NCBI GenBank assembly: GCA_965240325.2
Contig: OZ251236.1
Coordinates: 62,001 to 126,000 of the forward strand
Source: Rebecca billardiae RCC1528
Lineage: Eukaryota > Protista > Haptophyta
Reading direction: 5' to 3'
DNA length: 64,000 nt
Shown: positions 18,810 to 30,326 of the stretch, one piece after another
Position numbering within the stretch: the stretch's first letter is position 1
How the letters are laid out: every line of letters starts with the position of its first letter
Position numbers and translations under genes: made by a program
Notes under the pieces: generated by a model
Told to the model about the DNA's origin: nothing
Databases searched by the model: none
Seen by the model: the letters and a program-made list of their open reading frames with translations, nothing else

Positions 18810-21396
18810 TCATCGCACCGGCGGCTCCGCGCCGTCGTCGTCCGCGGCGGCGCCAGCGCCCTGCGCCCGGCTCGCCGCCTTGAGCGCGGCCCTGAGCGCG
18901 CGCAGGCCCTCGCGGCTCGCCGGCGCGTGCTCCTCCGCGACGCACGTGTCGAGCTCGGCGCACGCCTCGCCCACCGCGAGCGCCATCGCCCTGAGTGCGT
19001 CCGCGTCGGCGCGCGCGCGCCGCTCGCGCGCGGCGAGCGCGCGCGTGCGCGCGGCCGCGTCGTTGTCGACCGCGTCGGCGAGGGCGAGGGCGGGCGCGGC
19101 GCCCTCGGCGTCGTCGTCGGCGCCCGGCCCCGCCGCGCTGCCGTCCGCCAGCACCTCCGAAGCGAGCAGCGCGGTGAGCTGCTCGAGCTCTCCCCGAGTG
19201 TCCTCGCCCGCCGCCTCCGAAAGTTCGGCCCAATCTGCATGCAGCTGCCGGATCGTCTCGTCGAGGCTGCCGCGGATGCGGAGCCGGCGCGTCGCGGCGG
19301 CGTGGGCGAGGGAGAGGCGGGCGAGCGCGTGCAGCGCGCGGCCGAGCGCCTGCACGCTCTCGAGCGGCGGCGGCGGCGCCGCCGCCGGCTGCGCGCACGC
19401 CGCCGCCGCGCCGCCGCCGAGCGCGCGGCGCGCGCGCACGGCGGCCGCGGCCGAGCTGACGGGCGCTCGGACGATGGCGGAGACGCCGACCGCCCAGCCG
19501 GCGGTCGGCGGCGCCGCCGGCTCCGCGCCGGCACCGCCGCCCGCCGCCGCGGCGCGCGACGCCGCGGCGAGCCCCGCCGCCGCCGCGCCGCCGCCGCAGC
19601 TGCCGCCGCGCGCCCACGCGCGCCTCAGGCCCAACGCGGCGGCCGCTGCGTAGCCGCTGCGAGCGCCCACGGCGGCGGCGGGTGGCGGCGCAGCGGCGGC
19701 GGCGGGCGCGGCGGCGGGCGGCGGCGGCGGCGCGAGCGCGGCGGCCGCCGCCGCCTCCGCCGCCGCCGCCGCCGCCGCGGGCGCCGCCGCCGCCGCCGCG
19801 CGCCGCGCCGCCGCCGCCGCCCGATGCGCCGCGAGTGCGGCCGTCGCGCGTCGCTTCAGTCCGTGGTAGCGGGGCGCCGCCTCCTGCAGCCAGCCCACGC
19901 CCATCGCGCGCGCCTGCGCGGCGAGCCGCGCGCTCACGAGCGCGTCGGCGGGCGCCGCCGCCTCCCCACCGCCGCCACCGCCGCCGCCGCCGCCAGCGGC
20001 GGGCAGCGCCTTGAGCGCCGCCATTGCTCTTGGCAGCAGAGATTCAATCTCGGCGCCTCGGCGTTCAATCTCGGCCTCGTACACCGTCGGGTCGAAGACG
20101 CGCGGCAGCCGGTGCTCGACGATGCGCGCGTAGTGCGCCAGCTGCTCCGAGATCGCCTGCCGCAGCGCCGACAGCCGCGCGTACGCCCGCACGAACGCCG
20201 ACCCCTCGGCGGCGCCGAGCGCCGCGGCAAATTCAATCGCTCGAGAGCGGCGGTCTAGGAGCGCGGCGCACGGCGCGCACGCGCGCAGCGGCGGGGCGAG
20301 GGCGGAGACGGCGGCGGCGGCGGCGGCGGAGGGCGCGCGGCACGCGGGGCCGAGCAGCGAGGACGCCGAGCCCGACGCCGCCGCGCCGCACCCGCCCTCC
20401 GCCGCCGCCGAGCCGCCAGCCGCGCCGGCGCGCGCCGCGGCCGGCGCGAGCGCGCGCTTGGCAGAGCAGTCTGCGCACACGAGCCTGCCGCACAGGCGGC
20501 AGTGGTGCCTGCGCACGAAGGTGGAGAAGGGCGCCTGGCACACCGCGCACGCCGTGCGGCTCAGGTCGTGCTCCCACGTCGGCAGCCCGCCGCCGCCGCC
20601 GCCGCCGCTTCCGCCGCCGCCGCCGCCGCCGCCGAGCCGCGCCGTCCGCGTCATTGCCGCGAGCGAGCGCGCGTGCGCCGAGGCGAGCTGCCACGCGTGC
20701 ACGGCCTCGGCCACGTCGAGCCGCGCCTGCGCCGCCAGCTTGCGCCTGCGCGCGCGCGCGAGCGCCCACGGCCGCCGCCGCGCGCCCGGCGGTGAGCGTC
20801 GGGGGGTTCGGGGCCGCGCGCTCGCGGCCGCGCGCGCGCGGCGGCGCGCGCGCACCGCTGCAGCAGAAAGGGCGCGGTGAGGTCGCGGCTGGTGGGGAGC
20901 ACGTCCTCGGCCGCGTACTCGGCCACGCCACCGGCCACCAACACCCCGCCCGCCGCCCCGCCCAGCGCCGCCGCCGCGCCGCCGGCCGCGCCCGCGGCGA
21001 CGCACTCGTCGTGGCACCCGTCGCACACGCGCACGGGCGTGCCCGCCGCGGCGTCGACGAGGAGGGCGGGCGTGAGGCGCAGGCGGCGCGAGGTGTGCGC
21101 CGCACAGAACACCCGCCCGCACCTGCGCGCGGCGCGGCCGCGCGAGCCGCCAACCGGTCGGCGCGCGCGCGGTCGGCGCGCGGCGCGCCGCGCGCGGGCC
21201 GCGCCGCGCCGCGGCTGGCGCACCGGCGGCAGTGGTGCTTGCGCACGAGGCGGCTGAAGGCGCGGCCGCACGTGGGGTGGGCGCACTCGTCGACCGCCTC
21301 GTCCGGCACCCAGTGCGACGTCTCCATCGCCTCCTCCTCCTCCGCCGCCTCCTTCTCCGACGGCGGCTGCCACCGCGAGCGCAGCCACGCTGCCAT
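18810..21396 (-). CDS. Twin FYVE-domain protein (rabenosyn-5/Vac1-like); exons 21396-21224, 21122-20856, 20745-18810
   Basis: WVPDEAVDEC..C...FSRLVRKHHCRRCGRVFC...RVCDGC and WEHD...CAVC..FSTFVRRHHCRLCGRLVCADCS...RACAPC. GT-AG introns restore the frame. Confidence 0.85.
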
Positions 21397-23177
21397 GGCT
21401 GGCTGTTGGTCGCCGTCCGGGCGTGTGCCTCCAACGATTTGTTAGTGTGATTGCGCCGGAACATGAGCCCGGAAGTACGGAACCTTTGCGCGAGCCTCTG
21501 CGTCGTCGCACCAAAGAAAAACTCTGCCCTGGCGGGCGGGGGGGTCGGCGGGCCGTGCCAGTGCTGTCGCAATATTTCCCCAGCGGGTTCGCGCCTTTTA
21601 TTTAGCGGTTTGACGGGCAGGATGACGAATAACAATGCGACACACAGATGATGGTGAGCTACCTGACTCACTGACGAATAATAACGCGACAGCATCTCCT
21701 CCTGCCGCCAGCCGTGAGATCCGTGTGTCGCGAGGATGCCGATGTCCGCTCCGGGCACGATGGGCTCGGCGAAGGTCGCGTCGGCGTCGTGCACGGCCGC
21801 CACGCTGCGCAACAACGCGTCCAGGTCCAAGCGCTCGTCGGCGCTCGCCGCTTCGCGCGACAGGTCCGGCACCCGCACGTTCGGCGGTATCAGGAGCTGA
21901 GTCGGCGGTGCGCGCGCGCGCAGTGCGAGAGCGTGTGCCACTCGCGATCGAGGGTGGGCACGCGCTGCTCGAGCAGGCACAGGAAGCGCAGCGCATGTGC
22001 CACTGGCTTCACGACGTCGGCCTCGTCCCGCAGCGCTCGTGACATGGTGGAGGATGGGGCGACAATGTTGCACGCTCGGCGTTTCAGCTCGTGGCGGATG
22101 CGCCTCACGGAGCCTCTGGGATCGGTCATACTGTAGCGCTGTGCGACGAGGGCCGCCGACTCGCCAAGACGCGGTTCCTGCCACGGCGACAGACACGGCA
22201 GCTGCGTTCGCTGCGCCTCGTACGCGCCGCTTTGCGCTGCGCCTCCGTCGCATTGGTCACCGTCGACGCCATGCTGAAGGCCGGACGTGGGCTTCGGCTG
22301 TGAGGGACCGCGAGCGCCGAGCGATCTTTGGCCGCGATCGCGAAAGATGATCGCCGGGACAAGGGCCGGCCCTTCGGCTTGGCCGGGACAAAGGACCGGT
22401 ATTTGATGGTCCTTTGGCCGGGAACTGGTACAGCTGTAGCAAACGGATTTGCATGCGCCCGAGAAGTTGTGGCACGCGACAGTCCGGTGCGCCGTTTCCG
22501 GCGATCGAGTTCAGAAGGCCGCGCCAAAGCTTGCGTCGCGTGCGATGGCGCTCAGTCCCGCCCGCGAGACGCCTCGTGATGAGGGCCTTTCCGCACCGAG
22601 CCCGACGCGCGACGGTGGATCGCGCGAGGTGGTTGTCGTGCGCAGCGCTTAATACTATGGCTCGTGCGAGCGCTCGACGTGCAAGTCGGGCGAGGACCGC
22701 CCCAGGTCGCACGATCGTGTCGACGCGCCGAGCGTGCCTCCAAACGCGTCGACTTTGGCCCCCGTTCGACCTGCACGCGAGACGACGAGGGCAGCAATCG
22801 CGAATCGGGCGAAAACCCGTCTCGGGAGTCCTCTCACGATGTCCGCGCCGGCGTTGGATTTGGCGCGCGCCGCCCACGCGCTCCGCGCCATGGCCGGCAT
22901 GGTTTTCGGCCGAGCGTCCCCACTGGGAGCTGCGAGGGCGCCCGGTAGTGAGCGAAGCGACCCGGCAGTGAGGGAGGCGATTTTCTTTATTTCTTTGCGA
23001 GGCGATTTTCTTTTTTCCTTTTCTTTTTCTTATCTTTTTCCCGGGCACTACAAGGGGCGGACCTACGGCCCGCCATATCACGATGGCGGCGGCGAGCGCC
23101 CCCTTCTCTTGCGGCTGATTTTTCGCGGTTTTGAAACAATTCAGGTGCCGGCCGCGCACGCACGAGCGCGCGCGCGG

Positions 23178-24237
23178 CTAGCGCGCCTTACGGCACACCT
23201 CCTGCAGCCGCGCGCGCTGCGCGTCGGTCGCCGCGTCCGCCAGCGCCGCCTCCGCCGTGCGCCGCGCCTCCTCCAGCCGGCCGCGCGCGAGCTGCACCTC
23301 GGCGAGCCGCACGCGCGCGGGCACGGTGCGCGCGTGGTTGGCGCCCCAGAGCTTGGCGCACAGCGCGTGCGACTCGTCAAAGGTCTTCTCGGCGCGCTCC
23401 ACCTGCCCCAGCTCCTGCTGCGCGTCGCCTGCAACGTCCGCGCCGCGCGGCGGGGCGGGGCGGCGCGCGGTGCGTGGGGCGTGGCGGCGCGTGCTGGCCG
23501 GCCGGCGGCGGCGCGGCGCGACGCGCGCGGCGGACGGCGCGCGCGCGCGCACCGAGGCGCAGCAGCGTGGCGGCGAGCGCGGGCGAGCGCCTCGGCTCCT
23601 CGCCCACCGCGCCGCGCAGCCGCTCCGCCGCCGCCTCGAGCAGCGCTGCGCTCTGTGCGTGCCGGCCCGAATCCGCATGCAGCTCGGCGAGCGCGCTCAT
23701 GCAGGTGGTGGTGGTGCGGTGCGCGGGCCCGGCGGTGGTCTCGAAGATGTCGAGCGCCTGCTCATACAGCCCCGCCGCCTCCGCCCGCCGCGCCCCGCCC
23801 AGCCGGCGCAGCAGCTCCGCCAGGTTGAAGAGCGAGGTCGCGACCGGCGGCCCTCGGTCGCCAAAGTAATGCGCCTGCTCGAGCGCGGCGCGGAGGGTGG
23901 CCTCGGCCTGCGCGCGCTGGCCGGCGCGCCAGAGCTCGCGCGCCTCGCCGATCAGCGCCTTCCACGCCTGCACGCGCGCCACGTCCACCTCGAGGTTGCG
24001 CGCCACCGGGTCGTTCTGCGTGTCGCCGAAGAAGTGCTCGGGCGGCGGCCGCGGCGGCGGCTCGGCGCGCTCGCACTCGGCGAGGCGGGCGGAGAGCGCG
24101 GCGGAGGCGCAGAGCGCGCCGCCGGCGAGGATGGCGGTCGCGGAGGCCGACGACGCCGCGCGCGCGAGGCTCACGCCGCCGCGGGCGCGCGCCGTGCGCG
24201 CGCACGCCGCGAGCGCGCGTCGAAGGTGCGAGGCCAT
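23178..24237 (-). CDS. TPR (kinesin-light-chain-type) repeat protein with putative mitochondrial presequence; intron 23552-23429
   Basis: VATSLFNLAELLRRLG..AEAAGLYEQALDIFE..GPAH; LWGANHARTV..RLAEV. Arg/Ala/Ser-rich N-terminus MASHLRRALAACARTARAR. 3' end uncertain. Confidence 0.75.
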
Positions 24238-24508
24238 CGTGTGGTCGATCTTGAATCTGGGAGCAATCTGCTCACCAATCTCCCGGTCCGGGGCGACTTC
24301 CGAGTTCCGGGCGCCGTGAGACCAGATTCTAATTCGTCTCACGAGCTTGCGACCGGTGCAAGAACTAGTGTGCGCAGGTCTGCACGCATGGCGGCCGCCG
24401 CTCGGCGCGCCGGCGCTGCAAGGGCACGTCGGCTAGCGGCCGCCGGAGCCTGGGATGGCGCCCCCGGCACGCGCGCGCGCGGCGGCGGCGGCGGCGGCGC
24501 GGGCGCGC

Positions 24509-26961
24509 TCAGAAGTTCTCCTTGTGCAGCCGGAACACCGTGCCCGACGCCTCGTCCGAGTGCTGCACGCACGCGTGCTTGAGCGTCTGGCCGATGCCCG
24601 CGGCGCCGCAGAAGATCACGCCGATCGGCCGGCCGCCGAAGCGCTCCTTGACGCGCCCAAACTCGCGCGCCCAGTCGGGCCGGCCGGCGTGCACGCGCAC
24701 GTACGGCTCGCCCGTGCGCGGGTCCGTCACCGCCTGCATCTCGCGCAGCACGCTCCACAGCTCGGCCGAGCCGCCGGCCGCGCCGCCGGCCGCGCCGCCG
24801 CGCGCGTCGAGCGCCTCCGCCGTCGTGCCGGTGAGGTAGATCGAGATGTCGAGGGCGCGCTCCGCGTCGTTGGACGCGGCGACGGCCGCGGTGATCTCCG
24901 CCGCCTCCGCGTCGAGCGCGCGCACGCGGCCCCGCGCCTGCTCCACGTCCACCGCCGTGCCCGAGCGCAGCGCGCCCAGCAGCCGCGCGCGCTCGGCGTC
25001 GAGCGCGCGCGCGCGCCGCTGCAGCTCGGCGCGCTTGTGCGCGGAGGCGGCGTCGGCGCCGTAGAGCTCGGAGTGCGCGAGCTGCCGCGCCTTCAGGTGC
25101 GGCAGCCGCAGCAGCAGCCAGCGGAACGCCGTCACGTCCTGCAGCCGCGCCACCCACACAAAGTGCACGTGGTACGGTTGGAAGCCGAGCATCCAGCTGC
25201 AGCCGCAGCCGGACCGGACGCAGCCGCACGAGAGAAAAAAAGTCCGGCCGGGCAGAAGAGAGTCCGGGGCCCGAGAGTCCGGGGTCCGAGAGTCCGGGGG
25301 AGGGCGGGCGCAGGCGCGCGCGGGGATGAGGCCGGCCGACCGGGCGGGCGCCGCGCCGCGTGCCGCCGAGGCCCTCGCCGCGCGCGCGCCGCGCACGGCC
25401 ACGCCCGCCGCGGCCGGCGCCGCGCGGATTGGTGGGGGGGGGGGCGCTGACTCGGCGCGCGCGGCCAGGCAGCCGGCAGCGCAGCGCAGCCGGCGAGCGC
25501 GCGCACCGGTGCATGACGGTGCCCTGCAGGATGGAGGCGAAGGGGGTGACGCCGATGCCCGCGCCGATGCACAGCACCGAGCGGTACGTGAGGAACGCCT
25601 GCGACGGCGCCCCGTACGGGCCGTCCAGCCGAAACAGCCGTCGGCCGTCGGGCCCCCACACGGTCCCAAAGTGCATGGCGCCGTCGGCGGCGGTGGAGCG
25701 CGTGCCGAGCTCGACCGCCGGGCGCTGCCGCGGGTTGAGGAGCGAGAGGTGCGCGCACACGCGCCACGTCCACGAGGCCGCGTCGGGGACGACGCTGCGC
25801 CGCGCGGGGGGGGGGGGCGGGGGGCGGGGGCGGGGGGGGGGGGCGAGCCGAGCGGCCGCGCGGGAATCAGACGTGCGGACGTGGGAATCAGACGTGGGGG
25901 AAGAATCAGAGTACGTGCGCACGCAGAGCCTCAGCACGCCGCCCAGCAACGCACCGGATGTTGATCTCGACAAAGTCGTCCTGCGGCGACGACGCGATGG
26001 TGAACGGGTGCCACTCCCACCGCGAGACCGCGGGGCAGCACAGGTAGAGATACTGCCCCTCCAGATAGTCCATGCACGCGCGCACGGGCGAGCCTCCCAC
26101 GCCGCGCCGGTTGTCGAAGCTGATGGGTGGCGGGGGCGCGGGAGGGCGCGCGGCGCGGGGAGGGAGGGGTGGGTTGGGGCGCGGGGAGGCGCGGCAGAGC
26201 GGGCCGGCGTCCGGCGGCGGCGGCAGGAGGCGCGGCGCGGCGGGGCCGCCGCGGGCGAGCACCCCGCGCCGCGCGCCGCGCCGCCGCCGCCACAGCGCGC
26301 GCGCGCAGCCCCGCGCGCACCGCAGCGTGAACACCGCCGGCTGCCGCGCCGACCGCAGCGGCCGCGCGACCGCGCCGCCGCCGCCGCCGCCAATGGGCGG
26401 CGCGCCGCGCTCGGCGGGCGTCGGCGCGGCGGGCTTGGACGCGGCGCCGCCGGCCCCGTCGGCGCCGCCGCCGCCGAACAAGCGCCAGCTCGCGCCGCCG
26501 CCTTGCTGCGCGGCAGCGGCCGGCCCCGCGCCCTCCTCCGCACCGGCGGCGCCGCGCGGCGCCGGGGCCGTGCGCGCGCCCGCCTTGGGCGCGCCGCCAC
26601 GCGGCGCGGCCGCGCCGCCGGCCCCGTCCGCCGCCGCGCCACCGCGGCCGGGCGCGAGCCAGCCCAGCACGCCGCGCTTGGGCGCCTCGGCGCGGCCGCC
26701 GCCGCCGCCGTCCGCGTGCGCGGCGTGCGCGGGCGCGTCCGAGTAGTACCAGGCGACGCTGAGCAGCGCGACCGGCCTGCGCCCGCGCAGGAACTGCCGG
26801 AACAGCCGCTCCGCGGCGTACAGCGACAGCGGCCCGCTCGCCCACAGGTAGAAGGCGGAGCCGTGCGAGAGCAGCAGCGCGAAGAACGGGACGAACAGGT
26901 GGTGGCACAGCCTGGGCGCGCGGCCGGCACAAAACGCAAAGAGGCGGGCGGGGCGTGCGCG

Positions 26962-26992
<31 letters not shown>

Positions 26993-29900
26993 GCGGCGCG
27001 GTCGACACGGAACAGCGCGCAGGGGCGGGGCGGGGCGTGTGCGGGGTGTGGTGTGGTGTGGTGTGGTGTGGCGGCGCAGCGCCGCCGCCCGTGCGCCGGA
27101 CCGCCCCGCCCCCCCCCGCTGACAACCGGCGGGCGGGCGCATTTTATTTTCACCACCCCGCCCGCCTCGCATTCCCCCAAGCTGCTGCTGTGTCCGCTGT
27201 GCGTGTGTGCGGCTACTGTGCGTGTGTGCGCGTGTGCGTGTGCGCAGCTGTGTGCGCGTGCGTGCGGCCGTGCGTGCGGCCGTGCGTGCGCACCAGAAGG
27301 TCTCGTAGTGGCAGCGCTTCACGTTCTCAGCGGCTGCCGCAAACAGCAGCAGCATCACGCCCAGCAGCAGGTGGCCGGACAGCCCGAGCCACACGCGCGC
27401 GGAGTAGGCGAGCACCTGCGCAGCGCGAAGCGCAGCGCGGCAGCCGCGGGGCGGGCGGGGGCGGGCGCCGGGCCGTGAGCGCGGCACGGACGCGCGGGTT
27501 CGGGGTGAGGGTTAGGGGTTAGGGTTAGGGTTAGGGTGAGGGCTAGGGCGCGCGCACCGTCGCGTCGCCCGACGGCGTGACCCCCGCCTTGAAGTAGCTG
27601 CTGGCGAACGCGTAGTTGGCGTAGTGGCACGACGCGTGGCCGAGCACGCTCGCGCACAGCCCGTACTTGGCCAGCGCCTGGTGCGCGACGATGTTCTTGT
27701 CCAGCGGGATCAGCCGCGGGACGAGCGCGCCCAGCCGGGTGGGCAGATACGCCGCGGCAGAGTGCAGCGCGGCCGCGGCCGAGCGGAGCACTGGGAGCAG
27801 CAGCAGCGTGCAGTGGAGGTTGCACAGCTGGCCGAAGCCCTTGGCGAGCGGGTACCAGCGCGTGAGCGCCTTGGCCGACTGCCCGTGCCGCCACGCCGCC
27901 TCGGCGAAGAGCAGCAGCACGGCGGCGGTGTAGAGCGACACCCACACGCGCCGCGGCAGCCGGTCCGATCGCACGTGTTGCGAATACCATCCTGAGGCCT
28001 TGCGCCGCAGGGCGCGCAGCTGGCGCGCAGAGTAGCCGCCGCCGCCCTCCGGCCCCGGCGCGGCGGACGGCGCACCCGCCGCCGCCGACGCGCCGCGGCC
28101 CGCGCCGCCACCGCCGCCGCCGGCCGCCGCGGGGTGCAGCGCCCACGCGCGCGCGTCGGGCGGCGCGGCGAGCGCGGCGCCCAGCTGCAGTGCCGCGCAC
28201 AGCAACAGCATGGCGCCGCCAAACCGCAGCGGCACCGGGCACGGCTGTGCGAGCAGCGTGGTGGCGTAGTACCCGGTGGCGCACGCCTTGAGCGGCCACT
28301 GCGCGCGCGAGCGCACGCACACCTACGCGAGCGAGCGCGGCGGGAGGGTGAGTGTCATAGGGCTAGGGTTAGGGTTAGGGTGGTTAGGGTAGGGTAGGGT
28401 TGCGCGCCACGGCTGCTGTGCGCGCATGCTCGCGCGCGCACCTTGGTAAGAGCGGAGCTGCCGGCGGGCGGGGCGAGCGCGTGGAGCACGGCGCCGAGGC
28501 CGTGCGAGACCGAGCGCGCGAGGCGCACGCGCGCCGACGCGTCCGCCGCCACCGCGTCCGCCACGATCGCGCCCGAGCTGCGCCGCCGCATCATCGCCGC
28601 GCCGCCGCCAACGCCGCCGCCGCCGCCGCCGCGTCCGCCGCCGCCTTCCAAGTCGCCGCCGCCGCGCCGACCACCAGCGGCGGCGCCGCCTCGCGCGCCG
28701 CCGCCCCCACCGCCGCTCGCGCCGCTCGCGCGCCGGCTCGCGTCGGGCGTGCGGAACGACGAGCCGCCCGCGCCGCCCTCCGTGAGCGGCTCGGTCTCGT
28801 CGCCTGCGGCCGAGCCCTTGGCCCAATACTGCGGAGGGTGCGTGCGCACCCAGTTGCGCAGGCCGAACGGAGCGCCGAGGCCGAGGAGGGCCCAGGCGTG
28901 CGTGGGGCGGACGGGGCCGGAGGGCGGCGGGAGGTGCGCGTGCCGCGCCGCCCACGCGTCCGCGCAGCCGCACCACCCGCCGCCGCCACTCCGCCGCGCC
29001 GCCGCCGCGGCCGCGCGCCGCTGGCCGCGCGCCGCGCGCGCGTCGAGCGCGCGCCGCGCCTCCGCCGCCGAGTGCGGCCCCGCTTCGAGCGCCAGCACGT
29101 ACTCGAGGGCGGCGCAGCCGACGCAGGCGAAGAAGGCGCCGCTCGCCTCGGCCACGCACCCGTAGAACACCAGCGTCAGCACCGCGCTCCACGCCGTCAG
29201 CGCGCACGTCAGCAGCGTCAGGTTGCGCGCCAGGAACGGCAGCGCGCGCAGCCGGTGCGCGGACGGGACGTGCACGGCGGAGGCGCGCGCGTGCGCGGAG
29301 GCGCAGGCGGCCTTGGCGCGGGAGGCGAGGGCGGAGGCGAAGGCGGGGGCGCGCGGGCGGAGCCGCGCGCGCCACGAGTGGCCGCCGCCGTCGCCCGTCG
29401 GCGCGCCCGTCGCCGTGAGCCGCGGCGGCACCGGCGGCGGCGCGGCGGCGCCGCCCGCGCCCGCGCCCGCCGCCGCCTCGCCTGCGCCCGCCTCGTCGTC
29501 GTCGGCGCCGTCGGTGGGCGCGCGCGCGCGCCAGCCGAGGAGCGCGCCGACGCCGCCGAGCACGCCCGCCGCGGGCGTCGGCGCGTCGTCCGCCGACAGC
29601 CCGCGCCGCGCCGCATCCTGCACGTCCAGCTCTGTGAGGATTTCGTCAAGTTTACCCAGCTTGCTAATGATGTCCTCGACCTGCGCGGACTGGCGCTCCT
29701 CGGTGCGCTTGAGGCGGGCCTCCTTGAGCGAGCGCGCGCCGCTGGAGAGCGCGTCGGCCACGCGCTCGACCAGGCTCGAGCCGCCGCCGCCGCCGCCATC
29801 GCCCTCCTTTGGCGCGGCGGCGGCGGCGGCGGCGGCCGAGCCGGCGCCGCCGTGCGCCGAGCCGCCCGACTCGGCGGAGAGCGAGGCAGGGACGGGCGGC

Positions 29901-30124
29901 GGCGTGGGCGCGCGCGAGGAGAGCTTGGCGCTCGGCTGCGCCGCCTCCAGCGGCACCTCGCGCAGCGCGCGCCACGCGCCGCTCACGCCGTCCGCGCCGA
30001 GCTGCGGCGCCCACACGGCCGTGCCGTCGCCGAGCACGCCCTCGCGCCTGAGCTCGCGCAGCGCGTCGGCGGTGACGGGGCCGCGGGTCTCGCCGCGCGG
30101 GTTGACGTAGTGGAAGCTCGCCAT
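24509..30124 (-). CDS. NADPH oxidase (NOX/Rboh-like) with N-terminal GYF_2 and extra membrane module; about 7 exons
   Basis: Heme His in IVAHQAL, LGHASCH, LCHHLF and LLSHG. FAD motif EWHPFTIASSP. DGPYGAP. NADPH motifs GAGIGVTPFASIL, HFVWVAR, GRPDW, IFCG. Terminal FRLHKENF*. Phase-0 intron 28441-28323 links the N-terminal exon. Confidence 0.88.
26963..27071. repeat. (TG)n and (GTGTG)n microsatellites in a NOX intron
   Basis: Direct reading. Confidence 0.85.
27502..27547. repeat. Interstitial telomere-like (TTAGGG)n in a NOX intron
   Basis: GGGTGAGGGTTAGGGGTTAGGGTTAGGGTTAGGGTGAGGGCTAGGG. Confidence 0.85.
28358..28401. repeat. Interstitial telomere-like (TTAGGG)n in NOX intron 1
   Basis: TAGGGCTAGGGTTAGGGTTAGGGTGGTTAGGGTAGGGTAGGGTT. 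Confidence 0.85.
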
Positions 30125-30326
30125 CCGCGCGCTGCGCCGGGCGTGCGTGCGCGCGGGGAGCCGGGCGTGCGCGCGGGCGTCGAGCGCGCGGCCGCGCTGC
30201 TGCGGCTTTTTAAGGCCCGACGGCAGCAGCGCGGGCGTGGCACCTTCCTGGACCGGCCAACCGGCCCGTTATTCGCTGGAGATTTCCTGCACCCGCAAAG
30301 TCCGGCGCGGCGCCCCCGGACTCAGC

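Noticed and set aside
27502-28401. True chromosome end or misjoin at the TTAGGG runs
   Set aside because: The runs are short, degenerate, and sit inside introns of a gene that continues in frame on both sides.
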